From Balanoglossus misakiensis (Eukaryota > Animalia > Hemichordata), in the NCBI GenBank assembly GCA_040954595.2, contig CM082577.2, forward strand, positions 20,372,303 through 20,436,302: 64,000 nt of DNA. The letters are read 5' to 3'. Of the stretch, positions 27,101 to 37,400 are shown piece by piece. Numbering within the stretch: position 1 is the stretch's first letter; every line of letters begins with the position of its first letter. Below the pieces are notes generated by a model. The model worked only from the letters and a program-made list of their open reading frames with translations, had not been told where the DNA came from and made no database searches. The position numbers were made by a program, and so were the translations under genes.

Positions 27101-29648
27101 TCAAAATGTGTATGTGTTGCTGAGGCAAAGAAACAACAGATGCCCGGTACCACAGAGTAGACGTAACAAGGGAGTTGATAATGAGGGTTTTCCCTTTGTA
27201 GGATAATTTACGAAATGACCAGGATTTCAGAATTCTACAGATTTTTGGAATGCGCTGAGCCCAATTGAAATCATCAGCAACTGATTTGTCATGACTCAAC
27301 ATGACACCAAGAATGACCATGCCATCCGGTTGAAGCTTGACAGGTAAGGGGCAGTCAGTACGCCCTCTATTGTTTCCTATCCACATCAGAGCACTTTTGT
27401 TCAAATTAACCTTTGACCCAGAAGCTTTACCATAATCACAAAAGACCTGATACGCTTCTCGGATAGAATGGTCATCACTAACGGTCAGTGTGGTATCATC
27501 AGCATGTTGATAAACTAAGGATGATTCAGTACTGCCTGGAATTTGAATACCAAGTATGTTGTGGTTACGCTGAATAGCGCCATTTAGAGGCTCAGCCGAC
27601 AGCACGTACAACATCGCTGACAGCGGGCACCCTTGTCTGACACTTCGTTTAATTAACACCGAGTCAGACAAAAACCCGTTAATTTTTACATTACTCATAA
27701 CCTGGTTGTACAGTATGGAAATCCATTTAACAAAGTTGTCACCGAACCTGAACGCCCTCAGTGTGTTAAGCAGATACTTGTGATCAACACGATCAAAGGC
27801 TTTCATCTGATCAAATTTCAGAATAGCACCTGGACAGTTACTGGACTCAACATGATGAATGAGATCTCTCATACAGAAAACATTGTCCACAATATCACGA
27901 CCTGGGACACAGCAAGTTTGATCCGGGCTGACAATGGAGGGCATAATTCTATTGAGCCTAATGGCGAGTGTTTTAGCAAGAATTTTGTAATCACAGTTGA
28001 GGAGGGTTATAGGGCGCCAATTTTTAATGTAACGGGGGTCACTGTCTGCTTTAGGGATTAAGGTAATAAGACCAGTTTTCCACTCATCAGGGAGAATGTT
28101 ATTGGAGAAAATACAGTTGAAAATGTCAAGCAAATCCTCTTTGATATCTTCCCAGAAGTGAAGATAAAATTCGTACGGTAAACCATCAGCGCCTGGGCTT
28201 TTATTATGAATACATTTAGAGAGGGCAAAAGTCACCTCTTCAACTGAAAACTCTGAATCGGCGGCAGCGCACTCCTCATCAGAAACAGTATTTGTGATGT
28301 AACCAAGAAAAGTATCTTGAAGTGCAAGATCACAAGGCTCATTGTTATAAAGCTTAGAGTAAAATGTATGAGCTTCTGAGATTATATCAGTAATGTCAGT
28401 GAGAATTTCATTGTTGTCAGTAATTAGTGATTTGATGCATTTTCTTTCCTGCTTAGACTTTTCTAGGTTAAAGAAAAACCGAGTGGATTTCTCACCCTCC
28501 TCATACCACTGGATCTTGGAACGGATTAAGGCCCCCTGGGTTTCTAAGGAAATAATGTTGTCAAGGTCTTCCTGAATGATATGTGCATTAGTAAGATCAT
28601 AGTCGGTGAAACGGTTAGCTTTGTTAAGTTCCCATTTTAGTTTTTTCTCTAAGGTTTTCTTCAAATGGCGCCTCAATTTTGACTGCTGTTTTGCATACTT
28701 CTGGGAATATCTACGAATATTATGTTTTAAAAACCCCCACCACTGAATTTTATTACTTGTATAATTGAGGTCAAATTTAGACTTTTTAATGATATCCAAA
28801 ATATTATTGACATAAACTTCATCCCTCAAGAGGTTTTTATTGAGAGCCCAGACTCCCTGACCACGAGGCGAGTTATGGAAATTGAATTTGAACTGGATAA
28901 GTTCATGGTCGCTATAGGGAAAATGCATGATATGCGAACTTTGACACATGTGGACAATGCTTTCATGTATGAGAGCATAATCAATGCGACTCTGCTGGAG
29001 ATTGCCATGCAGATACCGTTGCCAAGTACTTCCTCTGGCGTGAGGATGTTGTTTGCGCCAGATGTCTACAAGGGAAAAGTGCGTGATGAAGTTGAGCAAA
29101 TGTTTCCGAGAAGGATCAGCATGGTTTAAAACACTGTTGGATTGATCAAGGTAAGGATTAATTTTAGTATTAAAATCACCAATAACAACATGCACGTAAT
29201 CATCGAGAAAAAAATGAGAAAGATCCTTCCAAAACTGCGTACGGAGATGAGGTTGATTAGGAGAGTAAATGTTGATGATATTAATATTGTGATGAGAAAC
29301 CTGAATTTGTATAGAAATAATTCTTCCAGCAGAGTCGCATCGATGACCAAGCATTTTAACCTCTGACCGTTTTCTCACAAGTATTGCTACCCCTCTCCTC
29401 CTTGCAGGATCTTTACAATTATTATAAAAGAAATGAAAATCAGGAGCAATTTTGTTATGAATGTGGAGAGCGATCTGATTGTCCCAGAAGGTCTCCTGAA
29501 AACAGATGACGTCATGGTGGCTATTTTTACAAAATTGCAGAACATGATCGAATGTGTGTAAATCGGAAAGGCCATTAGCGTTAACAGAACTTATAACAAC
29601 CATGGTGACAACCAGGGGGAGAGGGCAGATGTTAACAGTACAATACAT
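27012..29648 (-). CDS. ORF2 N-terminal part: APE-type endonuclease plus reverse transcriptase (likely start at 29603; frameshifted near 27095)
   Basis: EN motifs: SVNANGL, DVICFQET, GVAIL, NIYSPN, GDFN, SRIDY, SDH. RT motifs: KSPGADGLPYEFY, WRPITLLNCDYKILAK, KAFDRVDH, VRQGCPLS, QHADD. The ATG at 29603 sits in GTCACCATGG directly before the first EN motif. Confidence 0.93.
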   Translation of the reverse strand: MYCTVNICPLPLVVTMVVISSVNANGLSDLHTFDHVLQFCKNSHHDVICFQETFWDNQIALHIHNKIAPDFHFFYNNCKDPARRRGVAILVRKRSEVKMLGHRCDSAGRIISIQIQVSHHNINIINIYSPNQPHLRTQFWKDLSHFFLDDYVHVVIGDFNTKINPYLDQSNSVLNHADPSRKHLLNFITHFSLVDIWRKQHPHARGSTWQRYLHGNLQQSRIDYALIHESIVHMCQSSHIMHFPYSDHELIQFKFNFHNSPRGQGVWALNKNLLRDEVYVNNILDIIKKSKFDLNYTSNKIQWWGFLKHNIRRYSQKYAKQQSKLRRHLKKTLEKKLKWELNKANRFTDYDLTNAHIIQEDLDNIISLETQGALIRSKIQWYEEGEKSTRFFFNLEKSKQERKCIKSLITDNNEILTDITDIISEAHTFYSKLYNNEPCDLALQDTFLGYITNTVSDEECAAADSEFSVEEVTFALSKCIHNKSPGADGLPYEFYLHFWEDIKEDLLDIFNCIFSNNILPDEWKTGLITLIPKADSDPRYIKNWRPITLLNCDYKILAKTLAIRLNRIMPSIVSPDQTCCVPGRDIVDNVFCMRDLIHHVESSNCPGAILKFDQMKAFDRVDHKYLLNTLRAFRFGDNFVKWISILYNQVMSNVKINGFLSDSVLIKRSVRQGCPLSAMLYVLSAEPLNGAIQRNHNILGIQIPGSTESSLVYQHADDTTLTVSDDHSIREAYQVFCDYGKASGSKVNLNKSALMWIGNNRGRTDCPLPVKLQPDGMVILGVMLSHDKSVADDFNWAQRIPKICRILKSWSFRKLSYKGKTLIINSLVTSTLWYRASVVSLPQQHIHILNEHFRHSRWGTKSHKYSRQSACTSSQVVV

Positions 29649-29650
29649 TG

Positions 29651-30859
29651 TTATTTACTAGTGCATGTTTGTTTATCCTTATCATCTTTTTTAGGCTTTT
29701 TTCGTTCAACTAATTTTGGTGTAAAACGTTTTTTCGAGGGTCTACCTGTTTTGCTGGCTTGAGGCTCAGTGTCTTTAAGGTTCATGTCATCTGATTTGCG
29801 GCGTTTAACCTGGCAGTTTGCGATTGCTGTTTCATCTACGTCCATTTCACTGGTTTGTTGACTTTGTTCCTGTTCTGCTACTGTTGTTGTTTGGTGTAGT
29901 GAAATGTCCTCTCCATGATCCTGCAGCCGCTCATCTGCTGATGTTTGCTGTTCCTCAGCTTGCACGTCGCTTGCTTGTTCCTGTACACTGCATTGTTCTG
30001 CTATTTGTTGGTCACTTCCAATGTCCGTGGTTGGGTTTTCAGTTACTTCATTTACCTGTTCCGAGTCGATGTTGTGGTCCTCAACTTGTTCCTCTTCATC
30101 AGAATATTGTTGGATAATATCGTCTACATCCCCATCACCATATATTATAGCTTCACATTCCTTTGCCTTATGGCCGACTCTGTCACATTTATAACATCTG
30201 TAATTTCCACAGGCACGTTCTAGGTGACCCTTTTCATGGCAGCGTTTGCATTCATATTTCGGGCAGTTGTATATAAGGTGCGAAGAATCCAAGCAATAGT
30301 TGCAGACTTTAGATTGATTAGAATGTAACAATCGAACATAGGGACCATTACGTTCAAACTTGACAGCATAGGGAAGAGATTTTACTGATACCGGCAATTC
30401 AATACGTACGAATCGTGTTCCTGTCTCTACCTCAGGTTCCTCTTCGTAGTATTTCCTCACGACTGGTCCTCTGATGGTACATCCATATTCTTTTAATTTA
30501 TCCGTTATTTCATCATCTGTTGTGTACGCAGGAACGTTGAAAAAAGAAACAGTTAACAAATTACGCACTAGGCCTTGAACATCGACAGGACTTCCGTCAA
30601 CAGCAAAGCCCTCATCCAGCACCAGTTCAGTGTCTTCATTGTCTTGTAGTGTCATTTGCCAGAGTCCGTTGACTTTCACACATGCAATGACACTGCTCTG
30701 TCAAGTTTTCTCTTTCACGGCTCTTATTAACTGAATGGGCGAGTAATCTTCATCGGTAATACATATTGTATTCAATCTGGAGGCAGTCTTTGAAGAAGTC
30801 CGACATATAGGCCTTTCACTCCGTTGACGAGCACCTGCCGAGCCAGGCAGGGCAGCCAT
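29651..30859 (-). CDS. ORF1, gag-like nucleic-acid-binding protein (402 codons; interrupted by an in-frame TGA at codon 53)
   Basis: Three CX2CX4HX4C knuckles (CNYCLDSSHLIYNC, CKRCHEKGHLERAC, CYKCDRVGHKAKEC), an RRM-like segment (VSFFNVPAYTTDDEI...TGTRFVRI), and an acidic then basic tail. The track ORF starts at GTG 30679, but the frame extends to ATG 30859 (CCAATATGG) across a TGA at 30701-30703. Confidence 0.85.
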
Positions 30860-31058
30860 ATTGGCGACGCCCTGCCGGGTGACGTGGCAAAAAAAGGAAG
30901 ATTTGAAAACTCAACAAATCTTTAAAATACCTTGGAAGTTTGTCCAAATAGCACTTATACCAGCACCAGTGTATCCAAAGGCGTAAGTATTGAGTCCGGA
31001 TGGCACCAAATCGGTCAGATTAAACACGATTGGCAGAGCTCTCGTTCGACACGTCTGC

Positions 31059-31101
31059 ATCAGACGAGAACCGGCTTATTCTACGTGGTATGGCCGTAGG
31101 C
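31059..31101 (-). pseudogene. 5' part (nt 1-43) of the interrupted 5S gene, including the right TSD copy (31059-31075/77)
   Basis: atcagacgagaaccggcttattctacgtggtatggccgtaggc resumes exactly at the element's 5' end. Confidence 0.92.
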
Positions 31102-31360
31102 GAAGGATTGTTGAATTTCTCCTACTATAAACCTGAATCCTACACCATTGAACACATAGTCCGACTTGGCTAATTTTTGTGGGTAACCGATCGACCTACC
31201 ATAGCTTATAAGGCAAGTGGGATAAAAAATATGGTTTGTTTTGTTCTGCAAAAAGTGTTTTTAGAATTCAGGCACTTTCAGAAAAGGAAGAAACGGACAC
31301 TTGCGACAAAAATGTTATCCATCAGGCTACTCTTTAATGGAAAAGTTGGGAAAAAAAATG

Positions 31361-31411
31361 AAGCCTACAGCACGTAGTATTCCCAGGCGGTCTCCCATCC
31401 CATCTCCTACA
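31361..31411 (-). pseudogene. 5'-truncated 5S gene, deletion class B (~213-bp unit; keeps only 5S nt ~81-120), 4 copies
   Basis: Junction tctcccatcc-catctcctaca-ccatagctt near 31400, 31991, 32582 and 33932. Confidence 0.88.
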
Positions 31412-34400
31412 CCATAGCTTATAAGGCAAGTGGGATAAAAAATATGGTTTGTTTTGTTCTGCAAAAAGTGTTTTTAGAATTCAGGCACTTTAAGAAAAGG
31501 AAGAAACGGACACTTGCGACAAAATGTTATCCATCAGGCTACTCTTTAATGGAAAAGTTGGAAAATAAAATTAAGCCTACAGCACGTAGTATTCCCAGGC
31601 GGTCTCCCATCCAAGTACTAACTACGCCCAACGCAGGTTTGCTTCGGTGATCAGACGAGAACCGGCTTATTCTACGTGGTATGGCCGTAGGCGAAAGATG
31701 GTTGAATTTCTCCTACTATAAACCTGAATCCTACACCATTGAACACATAGCCCGACTTGGCTAATTTTGTGGGTAACCGATCGACCTTCCATAGCTTATA
31801 AGGCAAGTGGGATAAAAAAATATGGTTTGTTTTGTTCTGCAAAAAGTGTTTTTAGAATTCAGGCACTTTCAGAAAAGGAAGAAACGGACACTTGCGACAA
31901 AAATGTTATCCATCAGGCTACTCTTTAATGGAAAAGTTGGGGAAAAAAATGAAGCCTACAGCACGTAGTATTCCCAGGCGGTCTCCCATCCCATCTCCTA
32001 CACCATAGCTTATAAGGCAAGTGGGATAAAAAATATGGTTTGTTTTGTTCTGCAAAAAGTGTTTTTAGAATTCAGGCACTTTCAGAAAAGGAAGAAACGG
32101 ACACTTGCGACAAAATGTTATCCATCAGGCTACTCTTTAATGGAAAAGTTGGAAAATAAAATTAAGCCTACAGCACGTAGTATTCCCAGGCGGTCTCCCA
32201 TCCAAGTACTAACTACGCCCAACGCAGGTTTGCTTCGGTGATCAGACGAGAACCGGCTTATTCTACGTGGTATGGCCGTAGGCGAAAGATGGTTGAATTT
32301 CTCCTACTATAAACCTGAATCCTACACCATTGAACACATAGCCCGACTTGGCTAATTTTGTGGGTAACCGATCGACCTTCCATAGCTTATAAGGCAAGTG
32401 GGATAAAAAAATATGGTTTGTTTTGTTCTGCAAAAAGTGTTTTTAGAATTCAGGCACTTTCAGAAAAGGAAGAAACGGACACTTGCGACAAAAATGTTAT
32501 CCATCAGGCTACTCTTTAATGGAAAAGTTGGGGAAAAAAATGAAGCCTACAGCACGTAGTATTCCCAGGCGGTCTCCCATCCCATCTCCTACACCATAGC
32601 TTATAAGGCAAGTGGGATAAAAAATATGGTTTGTTTTGTTCTGCAAAAAGTGTTTTTAGAATTCAGGCACTTTCAGAAAAGGAAGAAACGGACACTTGCG
32701 ACAAAATGTTATCCATCAGGCTACTCTTTAATCGAAAAGTTGGAAAATAAAATTAAGCCTACAGCACGTAGTATTCCCAGGCGGTCTCCCATCCAAGTAC
32801 TAACTACGCCCAACGCAGGTTTGCTTCGGTGATCAGACGAGAACCGGCTTATTCTACGTGGTATGGCCGTAGGCGAAAGATGGTTGAATTTCTCCTACTA
32901 TAAACCTGAATCCTACACCATTGAACACATAGCCCGACTTGGCTAATTTTGTGGGTAACCGATCGACCTTCCATAGCTTATAAGGCAAGTGGGATAAAAA
33001 AAATATGGTTTGTTTTGTTCTGCAAAAAGTGTTTTTAGAATTCAGGCACTTTCAGAAAAGGAAGAAATGGACACTTGCGACAAAAATGTTATCCATCAGG
33101 CTACTCTTTAATGGAAAAGTTGGGAAAAAAATGAAGCCTACAGCACGTAGTATTCCCAGGCTGTCTCCCATCCAAGTACTAACTACGCCCAACGCAGGTT
33201 TGCTTCGGTGATCAGACGAGAACCGGCTTATTCTACGTGGTATGGCCGTAGGCGAAAAATGGTTGAATTTCTCCTACTATAAACCTGAATCCTACACCAT
33301 TGAACACATAGCCCGACTTGGCTAATTTTTGTGGGTAACCGATCGACCTTCCATAGCTTATAAGGCAAGTGGGATAAAAAAATATGGTTTGTTTTGTTCT
33401 GCAAAAAGTGTTTTTAGAATTCAGGCACTTTCAGAAAAGGAAGAAACGGACACTTGCGACAAAAATGTTATCCATCAGGCTACTCTTTAATGGAAAAGTT
33501 GGGGAAAAAAATGAAGCCTACAGCACGTAGTATTCCCAGGGGGTCTCCCATCCAAGTACTAACTACGCCCAACGCAGGTTTGCTTCGGTGATCAGACGAG
33601 AACCGGCTTATTCTACGTGGTATGGCCGTAGGCGAAAGATGGTTGAATTTCTCCTACTATAAACCTGAATCCTACACCATTGAACACATAGCCCGACTTG
33701 GCTAATTTTGTGGGTAACCGATCGACCTTCCATAGCTTATAAGGCAAGTGGGATAAAAAAATATGGTTTGTTTTGTTCTGCAAAAAGTGTTTTTAGAATT
33801 CAGGCACTTTCAGAAAAGGAAGAAACGGACACTTGCGACAAAAATGTTATCCATCAGGCTACTCTTTAATGGAAAAGTTGGGGAAAAAAATGAAGCCTAC
33901 AGCACGTAGTATTCCCAGGCGGTCTCCCATCCCATCTCCTACACCATAGCTTATAAGGCAAGTGGGATAAAAAATATGGTTTGTTTTGTTCTGCAAAAAG
34001 TGTTTTTAGAATTCAGGCACTTTCAGAAAAGGAAGAAACGGACACTTGCGACAAAATGTTATCCATCAGGCTACTCTTTAATCGAAAAGTTGGAAAATAA
34101 AATTAAGCCTACAGCACGTAGTATTCCCAGGCGGTCTCCCATCCAAGTACTAACTACGCCCAACGCAGGTTTGCTTCGGTGATCAGACGAGAACCGGCTT
34201 ATTCTACGTGGTATGGCCGTAGGCGAAAGATGGTTGAATTTCTCCTACTATAAACCTGAATCCTACACCATTGAACACATAGCCCGACTTGGCTAATTTT
34301 GTGGGTAACCGATCGACCTTCCATAGCTTATAAGGCAAGTGGGATAAAAAAAATATGGTTTGTTTTGTTCTGCAAAAAGTGTTTTTAGAATTCAGGCACT

Positions 34401-37400
34401 TTCAGAAAAGGAAGAAATGGACACTTGCGACAAAAATGTTATCCATCAGGCTACTCTTTAATGGAAAAGTTGGGAAAAAAATGAAGCCTACAGCACGTAG
34501 TATTCCCAGGCTGTCTCCCATCCAAGTACTAACTACGCCCAACGCAGGTTTGCTTCGGTGATCAGACGAGAACCGGCTTATTCTACGTGGTATGGCCGTA
34601 GGCGAAAAATGGTTGAATTTCTCCTACTATAAACCTGAATCCTACACCATTGAACACATAGCCCGACTTGGCTAATTTTTGTGGGTAACCGATCGACCTT
34701 CCATAGCTTATAAGGCAAGTGGGATAAAAAAATATGGTTTGTTTTGTTCTGCAAAAAGTGTTTTTAGAATTCAGGCACTTTCAGAAAAGGAAGAAACGGA
34801 CACTTGCGACAAAAATGTTATCCATCAGGCTACTCTTTAATGGAAAAGTTGGAAAAAAATGAAGCCTACAGCACGTAGTATTCCCAGGCGGTCTCCCATC
34901 CAAGTACTAACTACGCCCAACGCAGGTTTGCTTCGGTGATCAGACGAGAACCGGCTTATTCTACGTGGTATGGCCGTAGGCGAAAGATGGTTGAATTTCT
35001 CCTACTATAAACCTGAATCCTACACCATTGAACACATAGCCCAACTTGGCTAATTTTTGTGGGTAACCGATCGACCTTCCATAGCTTATAAGGCAAGTGG
35101 GATAAAAAAATATGGTTTGTTTTGTTCTGCAAAAAGTGTTTTTAGAATTCAGGCACTTTCAGAAAAGGAAGAAACGGACACTTGCGACAAAAATGTTATC
35201 CATCAGGCTACTCTTTAATGGAAAAGTTGGAAAAAAAATGAAGCCTACAGCACGTAGTATTCCCAGGCGGTCTCCCATCCAAGTACTAACTACGCCCAAC
35301 GCAGGTTTGCTTCGGTGATCAGACGAGAACCGGCTTATTCTACGTGGTATGGCCGTAGGCGAAAGATGGTTGAATTTCTCCTACTATAAACCTGAATCCT
35401 ACACCATTGAACACATAGCCCGACTTGGCTAATTTTGTGGGTAACCGATCGACCTTCCATAGCTTATAAGGCAAGTGGGATAAAAAAATATGGTTTGTTT
35501 TGTTCTGCAAAAAGTGTTTTTAGAATTCAGGCACTTTCAGAAAAGGAAGAAACGGACACTTGCGACAAAAATGTTATCCATCAGGCTACTCTTTAATGGA
35601 AAAGTTGGAAAAAAAATGAAGCCTACAGCACGTAGTATTCCCAGGCGGTCTCCCATCCAAGTACTAACTACGCCCAACGCAGGTTTGCTTCGGTGATCAG
35701 ACGAGAACCGGCTTATTCTACGTGGTATGGCCGTAGGCGAAAGATGGTTGAATTTCTCCTACTATAAACCTGAATCCTACACCATTGAACACATAGCCCG
35801 ACTTGGCTAATTTTGTGGGTAACCGATCGACCTTCCATAGCTTATAAGGCAAGTGGGATAAAAAAATATGGTTTGTTTTGTTCTGCAAAAAGTGTTTTTA
35901 GAATTCAGGCACTTTCAGAAAAGGAAGAAACGGACACTTGCGACAAAAATGTTATCCATCAGGCTACTCTTTAATGGAAAAGTTGGGGAAAAAAATGAAG
36001 CCTACAGCACGTAGTATTCCCAGGCGGTCTCCCATCCAAGTACTAACTACGCCCAACGCAGGTTTGCTTCGGTGATCAGACGAGAACCGGCTTATTCTAC
36101 GTGGTATGGCCGTAGGCGAAAGATGGTTGAATTTCTCCTACTATAAACCTGAATCCTACTCCATTGAACACATAGCCCGACTTGGCTAATTTTGTGGGTA
36201 ACCGATCAACCTTCCATAGGTTATAAGGCAAGTGGGATAAAAAAATATGGTTTGTTTTGTTCTGCAAAAAGTGTTTTTAGAATTCAGGCACTTTCAGAAA
36301 AGGAAGAAACGGACACTTGCGACAAAAATGTTATCCATCAGGCTACTCTTTAATGGAAAAGTTGGGGAAAAAAATGAAGCCTACAGCACGTAGTATTCCC
36401 AGGCGGTCTCCCATCCAAGTACTAAATACGCCCAACGCAGGTTTGCTTCGGTGATCAGATGAGAACCGGCTTATTCTACGTGGTATGGCCGTAGGCGAAA
36501 GATGGTTGAATTTCTCCTACTATAAACCTGAATCCTACTCCATTGAACACATAGCCCGACTTGGCTAATTTTTGTGGGTAACCGATCGACCTTCCATAGC
36601 TTATAAGGCAAGTGGGATAAAAAAATATGGTTTGTTTTGTTCTGCAAAAAGTGTTTTTAGAATTCAGGCACTTTCAGAAAAGGAAGAAACGGACACTTGC
36701 GACAAAAATGTTATCCATCAGGCTACTCTTTAATGGAAAAGTTGGAAAAAAAATGAAGCCTACAGCACGTAGTATTCCCAGGCGGTCTCCCATCCAAGTA
36801 CTAACTACGCCCAACGCAGGTTTGCTTCGGTGATCAGACGAGAACCGGCTTATTCTACGTGGTATGGCCGTAGACGAAAGATGGTTGAATTTCTCCTACT
36901 ATAAACCTGAATCCCACACCATTGAACACATAGCCCGACTTGGCTAATTTTTGTGGGTAACCGATCGACCTTCCATAGCTTATAAGGCAAGTGGGATAAA
37001 AAAATATGGTTTGTTTTGTTCTGCAAAAAGTGTTTTTAGAATTCAGGCACTTTCAGAAAAGGAAGAAACGGACACTTGCGACAAAAATGTTATCCATCAG
37101 GCTACTCTTTAATGGAAAAGTTGGAAAAAAAAATGAAGCCTACAGCACGTAGTATTCCCAGGCGGTCTCCCATCCAAGTACTAACTACGCCCAACGCAGG
37201 TTTGCTTCGGTGATCAGACGAGAACCGGCTTATTCTACGTGGTATGGCCGTAGACGAAAGATGGTTGAATTTCTCCTACTATAAACCTGAATCCTACACC
37301 ATTGAACACATAGCCCGACTTGGCTAATTTTTGTGGGTAACCGATCGACCTTCCATAGCTTATAAGGCAAGTGGGATAAAAAAATATGGTTTGTTTTGTT

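Larger units (their letters stand above)
25393..31058 (-). mobile_element. Full-length non-LTR retrotransposon, L1/Tx1 group, inserted in a 5S rRNA gene (Mutsu-like)
   Basis: 5666 bp of unique sequence between the TSDs. It has a ~200-bp 5' UTR, ORF1 (3 CCHC), ORF2 (APE-RT-CCHC), a ~390-bp 3' UTR, AATAAA and an A14 tail, and no LTRs or TIRs. The Tx1 assignment comes from motif recognition, not a phylogeny. Confidence 0.93.

Noticed and set aside
27085-27105. Programmed ribosomal frameshift in ORF2
   Set aside because: There is no slippery heptamer, and conserved residues appear to be missing, which favours a deletion.
25373-30223. Short ORFs nested in or antisense to the element
   Set aside because: They are shadow frames of ORF1/ORF2 or of the 3' UTR and have no recognisable motifs.
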